Below are positions 24,152 through 36,135 of a stretch of DNA of 38,321 nucleotides, piece after piece. The position numbers and the translations under genes were made by a program. How positions within the stretch are numbered: position 1 is the first letter of the stretch; each line of letters opens with the position of its first letter. Origin of the DNA: Malacoraja senta (taxonomy: Eukaryota); the NCBI GenBank assembly GCA_038087875.1, contig JAXLNO010000150.1, forward strand, positions 1-38,321, written 5' to 3'. Below the pieces are notes generated by a model. The model searched no databases and was not told the DNA's origin. It saw nothing but the letters and a program-made list of their open reading frames with translations.

Positions 24152-25840
24152 ATGAATCCGAAATTCGCAGCACTCTGCAAACCAAGTAATATACAAATTA
24201 CCCAACTTACTCTTTGGAGAGATCTCGGGAGACGTATTAAAGAGTTGGAAGATGAAGTGAAAACAGGATTGATGAAGACATCAATGGTTGTGAAGTCTGT
24301 AAAGAGGAAGTATCCTTTCAGACGTCATACGGATCCTGGACCAAGTCGCTCATCAACGCAGGGACGTAGTTGGCGGCCTGCAGCGGGAGCAAGAACCAGT
24401 GGGCGTGCTTCCGGGAGAACCCAGGAATCTCAGGGTACTCAAATGACTCAAGAGGTAGGTGGACCTGGTTCTCATGGGAACATACTAACTGGATTAAGTC
24501 CAAAAGTTGGAGGCAGGTTACATTTCTTCTATAATAATTGGAAGAAAATTACTTCAGATGTGGTAATCCTGAATAATATACAAGGATTTCGAATTGAATT
24601 CAATCCAAATTATGATTTGCCTGTTCAGCATGTTCCTAGCCGAACTCTGCACTTTGTACAAAAAGAAGTGATGGAGGTTCAGGTTGCAATTGAAACCCTA
24701 TATAAAAAAGGGGTTATTGAAAAATCAGTCTACCAAAGTCACCAATTTGTGTCAAATATATTCCCTCGATCAAAAAAGGATGGAGGATGTAGGATTCTTG
24801 TAGATTTGATCAATCTGAATCCTTTTGTGCAATTTAGACATTTTAAAATGGAAACATTTGTGACTGCCAAACAGCTTATTTCAGAAGCATGTTATATGGC
24901 AACTATAGACTTGAAAGATGCATATTATTCAGTGTCTGTTCATTCAGAAGATAGGAAGTATCTTAAATTTAAATGGATGAACCAGTTGTGGCAGTTCAAA
25001 GCTCTGCCTAATGGGTTAATATATTTGGATGATGTCTTGATTATAGGAAAGACAAAACAGTCAACAGAAGTATCTGTTGCAGTTGTGAAATCAACTTTTG
25101 AAAATTTGGGGTTTCTAATTCATCCACAGAAATCTAGGTTAACACCATGTACCTCTATTAATTATTTGGGGTTCACAATTTGATTCAGTCCAAATGAATA
25201 TTACTTTGCCCAGGGAAAAGGGTGGATTTGATTAAAGATTGCAGTAATCTCCTAAACGAGCAAAAACCTTCAATTAGACAGGTGGCTCGTGTACTGGGAA
25301 AATTAGTAGCAGCATTCCCAGCAGTCCAATTCGGACCATTACATTATCAACAGCTGCAGAGACTTAAAGAACAGGCACCGAGAATGCATGTTGGTCATTT
25401 TGATAGAACCATGCAACTAACAATAAATGCTGTTTCTGTTCTGCAGTGGTGGATTCTACATGTCTAAAGCAGTTCCAGCAAAGTGCTGATTGAACAACCT
25501 TCCATGATATTACAAACTGATGCCAGTGCACCAGGATGGGGTGCAACTGACTTAACATCTAGCTGAGGAGGCAGATGGAATCAGGAAGAGTCATTGTTAC
25601 TGCAGACATGGGGAATTAACTATATGGAGCTTCTAGGATGTTTCTATGGGCTCCAAGCTTATTGTTCTAACACAACTAATAAGCATGTTCAAGTTCAAAT
25701 TGATAACACAACAGTAGTTGTTTATATTAATGATATGGAATTAAGTCGGTGTCTTGTGACAAAATGGTTAATCAACTTTGGGCTTGGTGTATTAAAAAGA
25801 ACATTTGGATTTCAGCTATCTATCTACCAGGTAGAATGAA
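24152..25840 (+). pseudogene. DIRS RT/RNase H, disrupted
   Basis: VGGRLHFFYNNW, KKDGGCRIL.DL..LN, HFKMET, DLKDAY. ALPNGL is joined directly to IYLDD, indicating an internal deletion; frameshifts and stops follow. Confidence 0.88.
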
Positions 25841-26100
25841 CGATAGCAGACACCAGGTCACAAAAAGTTCCATGATAATAAAGAATGGATGTTGAATCAA
25901 GAGGTATTCAATGATATAGTCATCAGATTTGGAATGACCGACATCGACTTGAATCATCAGCTATCGAGATATGTCTCATGGAAACCAGATCCAGGAGCAG
26001 TGGCGATTGATGCTTTCTCGCTACATTGGGGTGGTATGTTTTCATATATATTTCCACTTTTCTGCCTCATAAGCCAATGTTTGCTTAAAATCAGGCAAGA
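25655..26100 (+). repeat. 446-bp direct repeat, copy 1 (left flank of L1)
   Basis: Identical by eye to 28843-29288. Confidence 0.93.
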
Positions 26101-28842
26101 CGGATTCAGTAATGAATTTTATAAATCTTTTTATGATATAGTTACTCCACGATTACAAAAAATGTATACATATGCTTATAAAGAGCAAAACCTACCTGAA
26201 ACACTAGCGGAATCAACGATCATATTAATACTTAAAAAAGATAAAAATATAGAAGAACCAGGATCATATAGAGCTATTGCTTTGTTAAATACGGATCAGA
26301 AAATAATAGCAAAAACATTAGCCAATAGATTAAGCAAGTATGTTAGTAGACTAATACATGAGGATCAAACAGGATTTATACCTAAGAGACACTCATTTAA
26401 TAATTTGAGACGTTTGCTTAACATAATGCATTCACATAAATCTTATGACCAAGAGTTAGCTATCATCTCACTGGACGCAGAAAAAGCGTTTGATCAAGTA
26501 GAATGGGACTATATGATCAAAGTATTGCAAAAATTCCAATTGGGAGAAAACTTTATTGCATGGATAAAACTACTATATAACAAACCTACGGCTAGAATAC
26601 TAACTAATAATATATTATCTTCAAAATTCGAATTATCTAGGGGCAACAGACAAGGATGTTCACTATCACCGCTGTTATTTGCTTTGGTAATTGAACCCCT
26701 TGCTGAAAAAATAAGAACACACTCGAATATTCACGGTTATAACACAAAATATTCAAACAACAAACTATCCCTATATGCTGATGATGTACTACTGTACATC
26801 ACAAAACCACAAATTAGTATACCAAATATATTAAACTTAATTGAGGACTTTGGATCCTTTTCAGGATATAGAATAAATTGGAACAAAAGTGAAATTATGT
26901 CGATTAAACCAAAAGACTCAACACATCTCAGGAAATTCCCTTTTAAAATAGCTATGGAAAAATTCAAATATTTAGGAATTGAGATTACTAGAAATTACCA
27001 TGATATGTTTAAAGCTAATTATAATCCCCTACTTAAGAAATTAAATAATTTGATTAAATTTTGGAAAACACTTCCGATGTCCTTAATAGGTAGGATAAAT
27101 GCTATAAAAATGATTTTCTTACCACAAATCCTTTACCTATTTCAAGCAATACCTATATATCTCCCAAAAAAGTTTTTCAAAAAACTGGACTCAGACATTA
27201 CAAATTTTATATGGGATTACAAATCCCACAGAATACAAAGAACACACCTTAACAAACGAAAAGAGTTGGGGGGTCTAGCGCTCCCTAACTTTATGTATTA
27301 TAACTGGGCAGTAAATATTAAAAATATGATTCACCTGCTGGACAATTCTGCCCAGCAGGTGGACTGGATTATAATGGAAAAAGGGGATTGCTCCCCGAAT
27401 AATATAGGAGCGATTATTCTCTCTCCAATAAATCTGAATAATAAAAATTATAATAAAAATCCAATTATATATAGCACTATTAGAACATGGAAGCAAATAA
27501 AACAGAATCTAAAATTAAGAAACCTATCTCTCTTAATACCAATAGTCAATAACCCATCGTTTAAACCTTCAATCATAGATAAATCATTTATACAATGGGA
27601 AAGAATGGGAATCAAAACGCTCGAAGATCTGTATGAATTAGAAAAATTACTATCATTTCAACAACTACAACTGAAATATAATTTGAAAAATAATCAATAT
27701 TTTAAATATCTACAAATCTGTGACTATTTGAAACACACACAAAAGATTATTATAATATGCCTTCCGACTTACTAGATGAAGCAATGAAGACAAAGGCGGA
27801 ATCAGTTAATTTAATATCATACTTATATAATATCATCTTAAACATAGAAATACCCACAACAGATGGAATTAGAAGAGATTGGGAACAAGATCTAGGTATA
27901 AAAATTTCAAAAGAGAGTTGGGATAATCATTATTACAGGTGCATAAATGCTCGATCAACGTACGACACACGCTTATCCAATTTAAAACATTACATAGATT
28001 ATATTATTCAAAAACCAAACTAAATAAAATCTTTCCTAACGTCTCACCAATCTGTGATAAATGTATATGTCAAGAAGCTACCATAGCACATTCTTTTGTT
28101 TTTTGTACAAAAATCCAAAAATTCTGGTTTGAAATATTTGATATTTTTTCAAAATTAATCAAAATAAAACTGGTACCAAAACCAGAATGGATTATTTTTG
28201 GAATATCGGAAGGTATTCCTGAATTAAACGTGTATCAGAAGAATTTACTCAATTATGGGCTAATAATGGGAAAAAAGCTTATACTTAAATTCTGGAAAAA
28301 TGCGCCACACCAACAATAAAAATGTGGACATCAAATATGTTGGAAACATTACACCTGGAAGAGATGAGATTCCTCCTAGTAGGCAAAGTAGACCAATTTC
28401 AAAAGACGTGGTCTACGTTTTTGGACCTATTACAAGCATGAGGTGCAATAGTAATTTAGAAAAACAAATAAATAAATAAAAGGTATCTGGACCTGGTAAT
28501 GGGAGGTAAAACAAAAACAGACTTGGTTGGTAGTTCCTTCTCTATGAAGTATGTTATAAGAGTTATAATAGAGCGATTGTTCCTTCTTTCTTTCTCTTTC
28601 TTTTCTAGGGTCTATTTTCTAACTTTACTTCCTTCTCTAACTTCTTTTCTAAGGGGCTTTCTTTTCCCAACACTCTTTTGCACTTCACAACCTTTGCGCA
28701 CTTTCTTCACTTTTCTTACTTCTTTCTTTTTCTTTCTTAAAGTTTAAAAAAGTGAAGCGGTACAAAAAATGTATTAATATATACGTGTTGTACATTACTG
28801 TAATCTACCGTACTTCTATTAAAAAAATTATTTTAAAAAAAA
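26101..28842 (+). mobile_element. 5'-truncated L1-clade LINE nested in DIRS
   Basis: DGFSNEFYK, YRAIALLNTDQKI, SLDAEKAFD, RQGCSLSPLLF, YADD, CCHC (CDKC..H...C); T-rich 3' UTR and A-tail at ~28835-28844. Confidence 0.95.
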
Positions 28843-29288
28843 AAGCTTATTGTTCTAACACAACTAATAAGCATGTTCAAGTTCAAATTGATAACACAAC
28901 AGTAGTTGTTTATATTAATGATATGGAATTAAGTCGGTGTCTTGTGACAAAATGGTTAATCAACTTTGGGCTTGGTGTATTAAAAAGAACATTTGGATTT
29001 CAGCTATCTATCTACCAGGTAGAATGAACGATAGCAGACACCAGGTCACAAAAAGTTCCATGATAATAAAGAATGGATGTTGAATCAAGAGGTATTCAAT
29101 GATATAGTCATCAGATTTGGAATGACCGACATCGACTTGAATCATCAGCTATCGAGATATGTCTCATGGAAACCAGATCCAGGAGCAGTGGCGATTGATG
29201 CTTTCTCGCTACATTGGGGTGGTATGTTTTCATATATATTTCCACTTTTCTGCCTCATAAGCCAATGTTTGCTTAAAATCAGGCAAGA
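28843..29288 (+). repeat. 446-bp direct repeat, copy 2 (follows the L1 poly-A)
   Basis: Identical by eye to 25655-26100. Confidence 0.93.
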
Positions 29289-29457
29289 TGCTGCTTCAAG
29301 GGTATTGGTAGTACCAGATTGGCCTACACAGCCATGGTATCCGTTGATATTAGAATTAACAACACAAATGTTGATGAAAGTCCCAAAAAAGAGTAATTTA
29401 TTGCTGCACCCTGTACAGGGGAACAACATCCATTATATGATCGTTTGGATTTGTTGA
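29077..29457 (+). pseudogene. DIRS DNA N6-adenine methyltransferase-like domain
   Basis: DIDL..N, DAF...W, YIFP(L)F and VVPDWPTQPWYP are characteristic of the DIRS MT domain. The usual FAS segment after DIDL is missing and PP is changed to PL. Confidence 0.8.
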
Positions 29458-29469
29458 TTTGCAGGTTTT

Positions 29470-30437
29470 AAGAATGCCTTTTCTGGGGACGAGGACTGTC
29501 TGAGCATACTGTGGACATGCTTACGGCAGCCTGGAGGAAGAGCACTCAAAAACAGTACCTTTCTTATATTAAGAAATGGGAAGAGTTCTGGGTACAAAAG
29601 AATGTGCAATAAAGTACTGCAGATATTTCAAATGTTTAGAATTTCTGTCAAAACTTTATTATGATGAAGGTCTGAGTTGTAGTGCAATTAATTCAGCCAG
29701 AAGTGCATTGTCCTCATATTTTGTTCTGGATTCAGAAAGAAACTCAATTGGGTCACACCCAATTGTTTCCAGACTAATGAAAGGAATCTTTAATTCCAAA
29801 CCACCGAAACCTAGGTACGTGACAATCTGGGATGTAAGTGTGGTACTGAAACTACTTCGTGATGGTCATCAAGTGTGTCTTTACCTTTGGTCAAGCTCAG
29901 TATGAAAGTATTCATGTTTATGGCATGAGTGACAGCACAACGAGTGCAAACACTTGGAAAATTACAAATAGACAGTATGGAAGTAACTGAAGACAAGGTT
30001 ACATTCTATATCTATGACCTAATAAAGCAAATTAGGCCAGGTGTGACAGGATTTAAAATTATGCTGGCAGCATATCCAAATGATCCATGTCTCTGTATTA
30101 AGACATATTTATTACAATACATTGAGGTCACAAAAAATTTGAGAATACGGAAACTGGGTTTTTGATCACACACAAGAAACCACACAAGAGAGTTTCAATA
30201 CAGACTATTTCCAGATGGATAAAAGAAGTCTTAACAGCTGCTGGTATTAACACTTATGTTTTTACGTCTCACTCGACTAGGGCAGCAGAAATGTCGGCGG
30301 CCAGGGCAAAAGACGGCCCCGTCGACCATATCCTCGCAGCCGCCGGGTGGTCCAATGAGTTGATGTTTCAACATTTTTACCATCGGCCTATTGTTAATGC
30401 GGGGTTGTTTGCAGAAACTATTTTAAGTTCTGTGTAA
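29470..30437 (+). pseudogene. DIRS tyrosine recombinase, frameshifted
   Basis: RSALS, PPKPRY..IWDV, AQRVQTL, HSTRAA, AAGWS...FQHFY. Confidence 0.9.
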
Positions 30438-30605
30438 ATTCCTCTGGTTTAAAGGGGATCTGATTCATTTCATTCTTGAAATGAATTACTGCATTTGTGG
30501 TACAAATGTTATTATGAATGCATGATTGATTATTCTCGTTCCGAGTCAATCTATGCAGTGAGAAGCCGGGATTGATCCACGGCATGAAATCACAAAGCTT
30601 TAAAA

Positions 30606-30719
30606 TCTTCACGTAGTCACTCACGTGACTCCGAAGTAAAATAGTAAGATTAAACGAGAACTTACCTAAGTTTGAAGTTTGATCTTTATTTTATGAGGAG
30701 TTACGTAGGTGATTACGTG
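30606..30719. repeat. DIRS internal complementary region (ICR)
   Basis: 30606-30639 is the reverse complement of 23051-23084; 30640-30719 is the reverse complement of 30872-30952 (one 1-nt indel). Confidence 0.93.
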
Positions 30720-30842
30720 CCCACCACGACCCTACCCTCTATCATAAAGGTCAGATGGAAGTTCTTGTCTTACTCGTTTTAGTATGAGACTATATTACTT
30801 CGGTTGTTGTTTTTTGTGATTTCACACCGCTGCTTTGAAGAT

Positions 30843-30952
30843 TGACGCGCAGGCGCACTGGCGGGGTTCTTCACGTAATCACCTACGTAACTCCTCATAA
30901 AATAAAGATCAAACTTCAAAACTTAGGTAAGTTCTCGTTTAATCTTACTATT
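30843..30952 (+). repeat. DIRS right ITR with 3' extension
   Basis: Pairs with the left ITR and with the second half of the ICR. Confidence 0.93.
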
Positions 30953-32625
30953 AAACCCATATCGGCAGAAAAAATACTGCCGGTTGGTATATTTAAATAA
31001 TCACATTTTCGCTAATTGAAATTTTTATTAAAGGCATCCTAAGAAGCTAGTTTATATTCAGCTATCTCTCCTTGGATTCCATTCCATCTAACCTTCCAGA
31101 GCAGCCTACCATGAGGATACTTGTCGAATGCTTTACTAAATTCCATTCATACAACATCTATAGCTCTGTCCTCATAGACCTTTCTAGTCACAACATTTGC
31201 CACCATTCAGTCTTCCGGCACCTCTCCTGTATTTAAAGACTACTCATAAATATTAACCAGGGCTAATGCAATTTCCTCTCTCGTTTCCCACAATTTCCTC
31301 GGATATATCTGATCAGGCCCTGGAGATTTGTCTATCTTCATACACTATAGTACCTTCAGCATCACTTGGACCATAACACTGACTGGTCTCAAGACACTTC
31401 CAATGACTGCCCCAAGTTCCTCAATCCTCCTGTCTTTCTCCTCGGTAAATACAGAGGAGAAATACTCGTTGACGACCTTGCCCATCTCCTGTGGCTCCAT
31501 ACAGAGTTGACTGCTTTGATTCCTGAGGGGTTCCACTCTCTCTCTAGTTAGCCTTTTCCCCATTATCTATTTATAACATCTCTTGGGGTTGTCCTTAAAT
31601 GTCACCTATCTATGTTCCCCAGAACTACTGCCTGACCCACTGAGTTACTCCAGCACTTTGTGTCCTTCACATTAAACCAGTCGGGTTCAGTGGAAATGGA
31701 TGATTCCGTTGTGTGATGTGTAAGAGTATTAAAGGAATACGATCCGAGACTCTTGAAAGGCTGGCACCACCATTGTACCGAGCGTGCTGGATCAGTGGGG
31801 TATTACTGGAGTAACAGACATGTGGTGAAATAATCTGTGGATTGAGCAGAGACACTGTTGTCCCTGGAGCACATTGAGGACACGTCCAGTAGAACAGATG
31901 AGGGAACCAGTGACTGGGCTGTGGGGGATTTTCAGAAAGCATTTAATACGTTCCTGCACAAGAGGCTGGTCAACAAGGTCAGAGCACATGGAATTGTTCA
32001 GACACTGACATGGATTGAGAATTGGTTTATGGACAGAGAGCAACAGTTGGGAATAAGCAGATCATTCTCAGGTTGGCAGCAGTGACGTGTGGGTACAAGA
32101 GGGCTCAGTGCTTGGGCCCCGGTGAGTCACAGTCTGTATCAATAACTTGGCTGGGACGATCATCTGTGGACTGAGATACACCGTGATATCTCCCACTGAC
32201 CCGCAGTGTCCCTCACTGTGCCCCCTGGGACCGAGCTTGGGACCCACCTCCCTGGGACCGAGATATCCTCTATCCCCCCCCCCCCCATTTAAGGGACCCA
32301 AACTGACCTACAGCCCCTCCACAATGACCGTGTCTTCTCCTCCCCTACCCCCGGGGCCAAGAGCACCCCTCAAACCCCAACCTGAGCCGTCACCTATCTC
32401 CTCCCCCTGGGATCTCCCCCTCCCCTCACTCGCCCCAGGACCGACACATCCCCTCCCCTCCCCTCACCCGAGACTGAGTGAGCAGGATGCACGGTGCAGG
32501 AGAGGGCTGGACAGTTGGTGTCACCACAGACTGGTGTCGGCCGTGCACTTCCCTCTGCTCCCATCCTGCAGAGCTGCTGGATTATTTCCACACTACACCC
32601 ACTGTCTGTCCACACTTTATTACAG

Positions 32626-32739
32626 ATCCAGCCTCCGTACCAACTGGGGAACCCCAGGAAACAACAGCCAAACCCCAGGAAACAGCAGCTGAACCCTGGA
32701 AGGATGTGTCCACCGTCCCAGAACCAGATACAACCTCAG
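32626..32739 (+). CDS. Exon A4, 114 nt, phase 1-1, 2 repeat units: (D)PASVPTGEPQETTAKPQETAAEPWKDVSTVPEPDTTS
   Basis: tttattacag|ATCC ... CCTCAG|gtattg; open frame. Confidence 0.8.
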
Positions 32740-33466
32740 GTATTGACGGTTTTTATCTGACATCAGGTATTGATATTTCTGACCCCAAACGTCCGTGCTG
32801 GTGGGGAAAGGGCAGGGGAGGGTGACTTGAGGAATATTGGTATCGAGGAGATGGAGGACAGAGGCTGGGGTGTGGGGTGAGGAAATCTGGAGAGAGAGAG
32901 GGGAGGAGGGGGTCTGTAATGGACGGGAGGATGTGTGGAGTGGGGAGGGGGATCAGAAGGGGAGTAGGGGGTTTGTAGGAGGAGGATTGGAATTGTGAGG
33001 TGGAGGAAGGTTGGGAAAAGGCGAGGAGGATTTCTGGAGTGAGCGGAGGCTGATGTTGGGGAGTGGGGAGGGGGAGGTCTGGAGTGAGGGGAGGTGTGGA
33101 GGGGGTAGAGGGAGGTCTGGTATTGGGGTGGAGGTGGCAAGAGGGAGTCTGGGGAGATGGGCCAGGAATCCATTGGTGGGAGCGGACCCCAGGGGAGGAT
33201 GGATATGGGACAGTGTGAAGAGGGGAGGAGGGCAAGTAGAAATGTGAGTATCGTGGAAGAGAAGGGCAGGTATAGCACGGGAACAGGCCCTTCATCCTTC
33301 GACCCTGATTCCGCGCTGACTAGTGATCCCCATACACTTGCACTATCCTGTACACTGGGGACAATTACAATTGATACCAAAGCCGAGGAGGAGGTGAGAG
33401 GGCAGGGAGGGGCGAGCGGAGGGGAATGAGGGCAGAGTGACGATGGGAATGATGGGGGTGAGGAGC

Positions 33467-35860
33467 AGCAATGTTACAACATTTTGAGATTTAAAAAATC
33501 AAGTCTGCAATTTACCCATCAGATAAAGCATGAAAATAAGTTTAATTTGACACCTAATTCACTTTCATATCTTCAGTATTAAAATAGTTATGGCCATTTT
33601 CATTCTCTGAAATTAGCATCTTGTTCCCTATTGCTTCTCCATTGACTTAACTCAAAAGCTGTGATCGAGGACAGTCAAAAGCCCATAAATTTCTGAAAAA
33701 TTAAGGGAACTGAATGAAATTTACAGTTATTATAGATTGAAGCATTCTGAAACAAATATGAAACAATTTTACTTGGATGACCTGAAATTAAAGGTTAACA
33801 TTTTTAAATACCCTAAGTGTCCAAATAACATTCTCACAAGAATTCACAATATAACATGATTTTTAAATCTCACTGTCATGAATTTATAGGCCAAATGGAA
33901 GGAATTGAGTGTTTAATTCCCATAAATTAATGGCCATTTAAATCATCTTGCCAGTGAGATTTTGTGGAACTCGATCGTTTGGAACGTTGCTGTTTGCGGT
34001 GAATTTAAACCCCATATCGGCAGGAAAAACACTGCCAGTTCAAATGGGGTCTAAATCACCTTTTTGATTCGTAAAATTTGGATTAAAGTAATCCTAAGAA
34101 GCAAGTTTATATGTAAAATAAACGGCTGACCTTTATTTGTCCCGTACGGGAGATCCGTCCCGTTGTCGGCGTTGACGACGTTAGAAGCCGATTTTTATTT
34201 TACTCCTGCTATTAAATTGTCCAGCGATGTTTATAAAAAACTTCAGAGAGCGCAAGTTGGATCGATTATTCTTCAGCAGCTTAACAGCCTGGGAAAGGGA
34301 GGGAGAGAGAAAACGGGGAATTACAGACCAGTTAGTCTAACGTCGGTAGTGGGAAACTGCTAGAGTCAGTTATTAAAGATGGGATAGCAGCACATTTGGA
34401 AAGTGGTGAAATCATTGGACAAAGTCAGCATGGATTTATGAAAGGTAAATCATGTCTGTCGAATCTTATAGAATTTTTCGAGGATGTAACTAGTAGAGTG
34501 GATAAGGGAGACCCAGTGGATGTGTTATATCTGGACTTTCTGAAGGCTTTCGACAAGGTCCCACATAAGAGATTAGTATACAAAATTAAAGCACACGGTA
34601 TTGGGGGTTCAGTATTGATGTGGATAGAGAACTGGCTGGCAGACAGGAAGCAAAGAGTAGGAGTAAACGGGTCCTTTTCACAATGGCAGGCAGTGACTAG
34701 TGGGGTACCGCAAGGCTCAGTGCTGGGACCCCAGCTATTTACGATATATATTAATGATTTGGGCGAGGGAATTGAATGCAACATCTCCAAGTTTGCGGAT
34801 GACACGAAGCTGGGGGGCAGTGTTAGCTGTGAGGAGGATGCTCGGATGCTGCAAGGTGACTTGGATAGGCTGGGTGAATGGGTAAATGCATGGCAGATGC
34901 AGTATAATGTGGATAAATGTGAGGTTATCCACTTTGGTGGCAAAAACAGGAAAGTAGACTATTATCTGAATGGTGGCCGATTAGGAAAAGGGGAGATGCA
35001 ACGAGACCTGGGTGTCATGGTACACCAGTCATTGAAAGTAGGCATGCAGGTGCAGCAGGCAGTGAAGAAAGTGAATGGTATGTTAGCATTCATAGCAAAA
35101 GGATTTGAGTATAGGAGCAGGGAGGTTCTACTGCAGTTGTACAGGGTCTTGGTGAGACCACACCTGGAGTATTGCGTACAGTTTTGGTCTCCTAATCTGA
35201 GGAAAGACATTCTTGCCATAGCGGGAGTACAGAGAAGGTTCACCAGACTGATTCCTGGGATGGCAGGACTTTCATATGAAGAAAGACTGGATAGACTCGG
35301 TTTGTACTCGCTAGAATTTAGAAGATTGAGGGGGGATCTTATAGAAACTCACAAATTTCTTAAGGGTTGGACAGGCTAGATGCAGGAAGATTGTTCCCGA
35401 TGTTGGGGAAGTCCAGAACAGGGGGTCACAGTTTAAGGATAAGGGGGAAATCTTTTAGGACCGAGATGAGGAAAACATTTTTCACACAGAGAGTGGTGAA
35501 TCTCTGAAATTCTCTGCCACAGAAGCTAGTTGAGGCCAGTTCATTGGCTATATTTAAGAGGGAGTTAGATGTGGCCCTTGTGGCTAAAGGGATCAGGGGG
35601 TATGGAGAGAAAGCAGGTACAGGATTCTGAGTTGGATGATCAGCCATGATCATATTCAATGGCGGTGCAGGCTCGAAGGGCCGAATGGCCTACCTCTGCA
35701 CCTATTTTCTATGTTTCTATGTTTCTATGAAAGATCGACTCCCGACAGGCAGGAGAAAACGGCATTTTAATCCCGCCCCCCTCTCAAAGGCGCCAAAGTC
35801 GCGCACACGGCCAGTGGCAGAACTGCAGTGCCGCTGAAGGTAAGTTTTGTAACATACCTA
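33467..35860 (+). mobile_element. Non-autonomous TIR element (hAT-like) with nested CR1
   Basis: Ends AGCAATGTTACAA / TTTTGTAACATACCTA (imperfect TIR); flanked by tgaggagc at 33459-33466 and 35861-35868. Confidence 0.85.
34298..35728 (+). mobile_element. 5'-truncated CR1-clade LINE (second subfamily)
   Basis: ORF 34396-35379 with [25 protein letters not shown]; (TTTCTATG)n tail; empty site cctgagaaagatcg at ~38057-38070. Confidence 0.95.
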
Positions 35861-36135
35861 TGAGGAGCAGAGGGAGTGGGGAGCAGAGCGGAGTGACGCA
35901 GGGACGGGTCCCAATGTGTGAGGTGTGTGGGGTGGAGGAGCTGGGAGGAAGTAACGGTCACTCCACTGTGGAGTGGGATGTACTGGGGGTGTCAGGATAC
36001 ACGGTGCAGGAGAGGGCAGGACCGTTGGTGTCACCAGAGACTGGTGTCGGCCGTGCACTTCCCTCTGCTCCCATCCCGCAGAGCTGCTGGATTATTTCCA
36101 CACTACACCCACTGTCTGTCCACACTCTATTACAG

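Larger units (their letters stand above)
23049..30952 (+). mobile_element. Full-length DIRS1-type tyrosine-recombinase retrotransposon (decayed ORFs)
   Basis: ITRs plus ICR; gag-like remnant, RT (IDLKDAY, YLDD), RNase H (QTDAS..GWG, INYMEL, IDNTT), methyltransferase-like domain, tyrosine recombinase; inserted at a T-run with no TSD. Confidence 0.95.
18387..31057 (+). mobile_element. Non-autonomous TIR DNA element (hAT-like), right end deleted, carrying nested L1, CR1 and DIRS
   Basis: Pieces 18387-18795, 22861-23050 and 30953-31057 join colinearly to match the copies starting at 37341 and 33467; begins TAGCAATGTTACAAAA. Confidence 0.85.
11841..32482 (+). repeat. Higher-order tandem unit 2 (A-A-B-C) with a private 12.7-kb transposon nest
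   Basis: Matches unit 1 block by block, e.g. 13860-16480 to 1180-3805, 16770-18386 to 4150-4578 plus 8860-9998, and 31056-32480 to 10313-11755. Confidence 0.9.

Noticed and set aside
25655..29288. LTR retrotransposon with 446-bp LTRs
   Set aside because: The repeats are DIRS coding sequence without TG..CA ends, PBS or PPT; the interior is an L1-type RT with a poly-A tail.
29077..30437. Phage or bacterial Dam methylase plus integrase (prophage or defence island)
   Set aside because: Both are standard DIRS retrotransposon domains and lie within the ITR/ICR boundaries.
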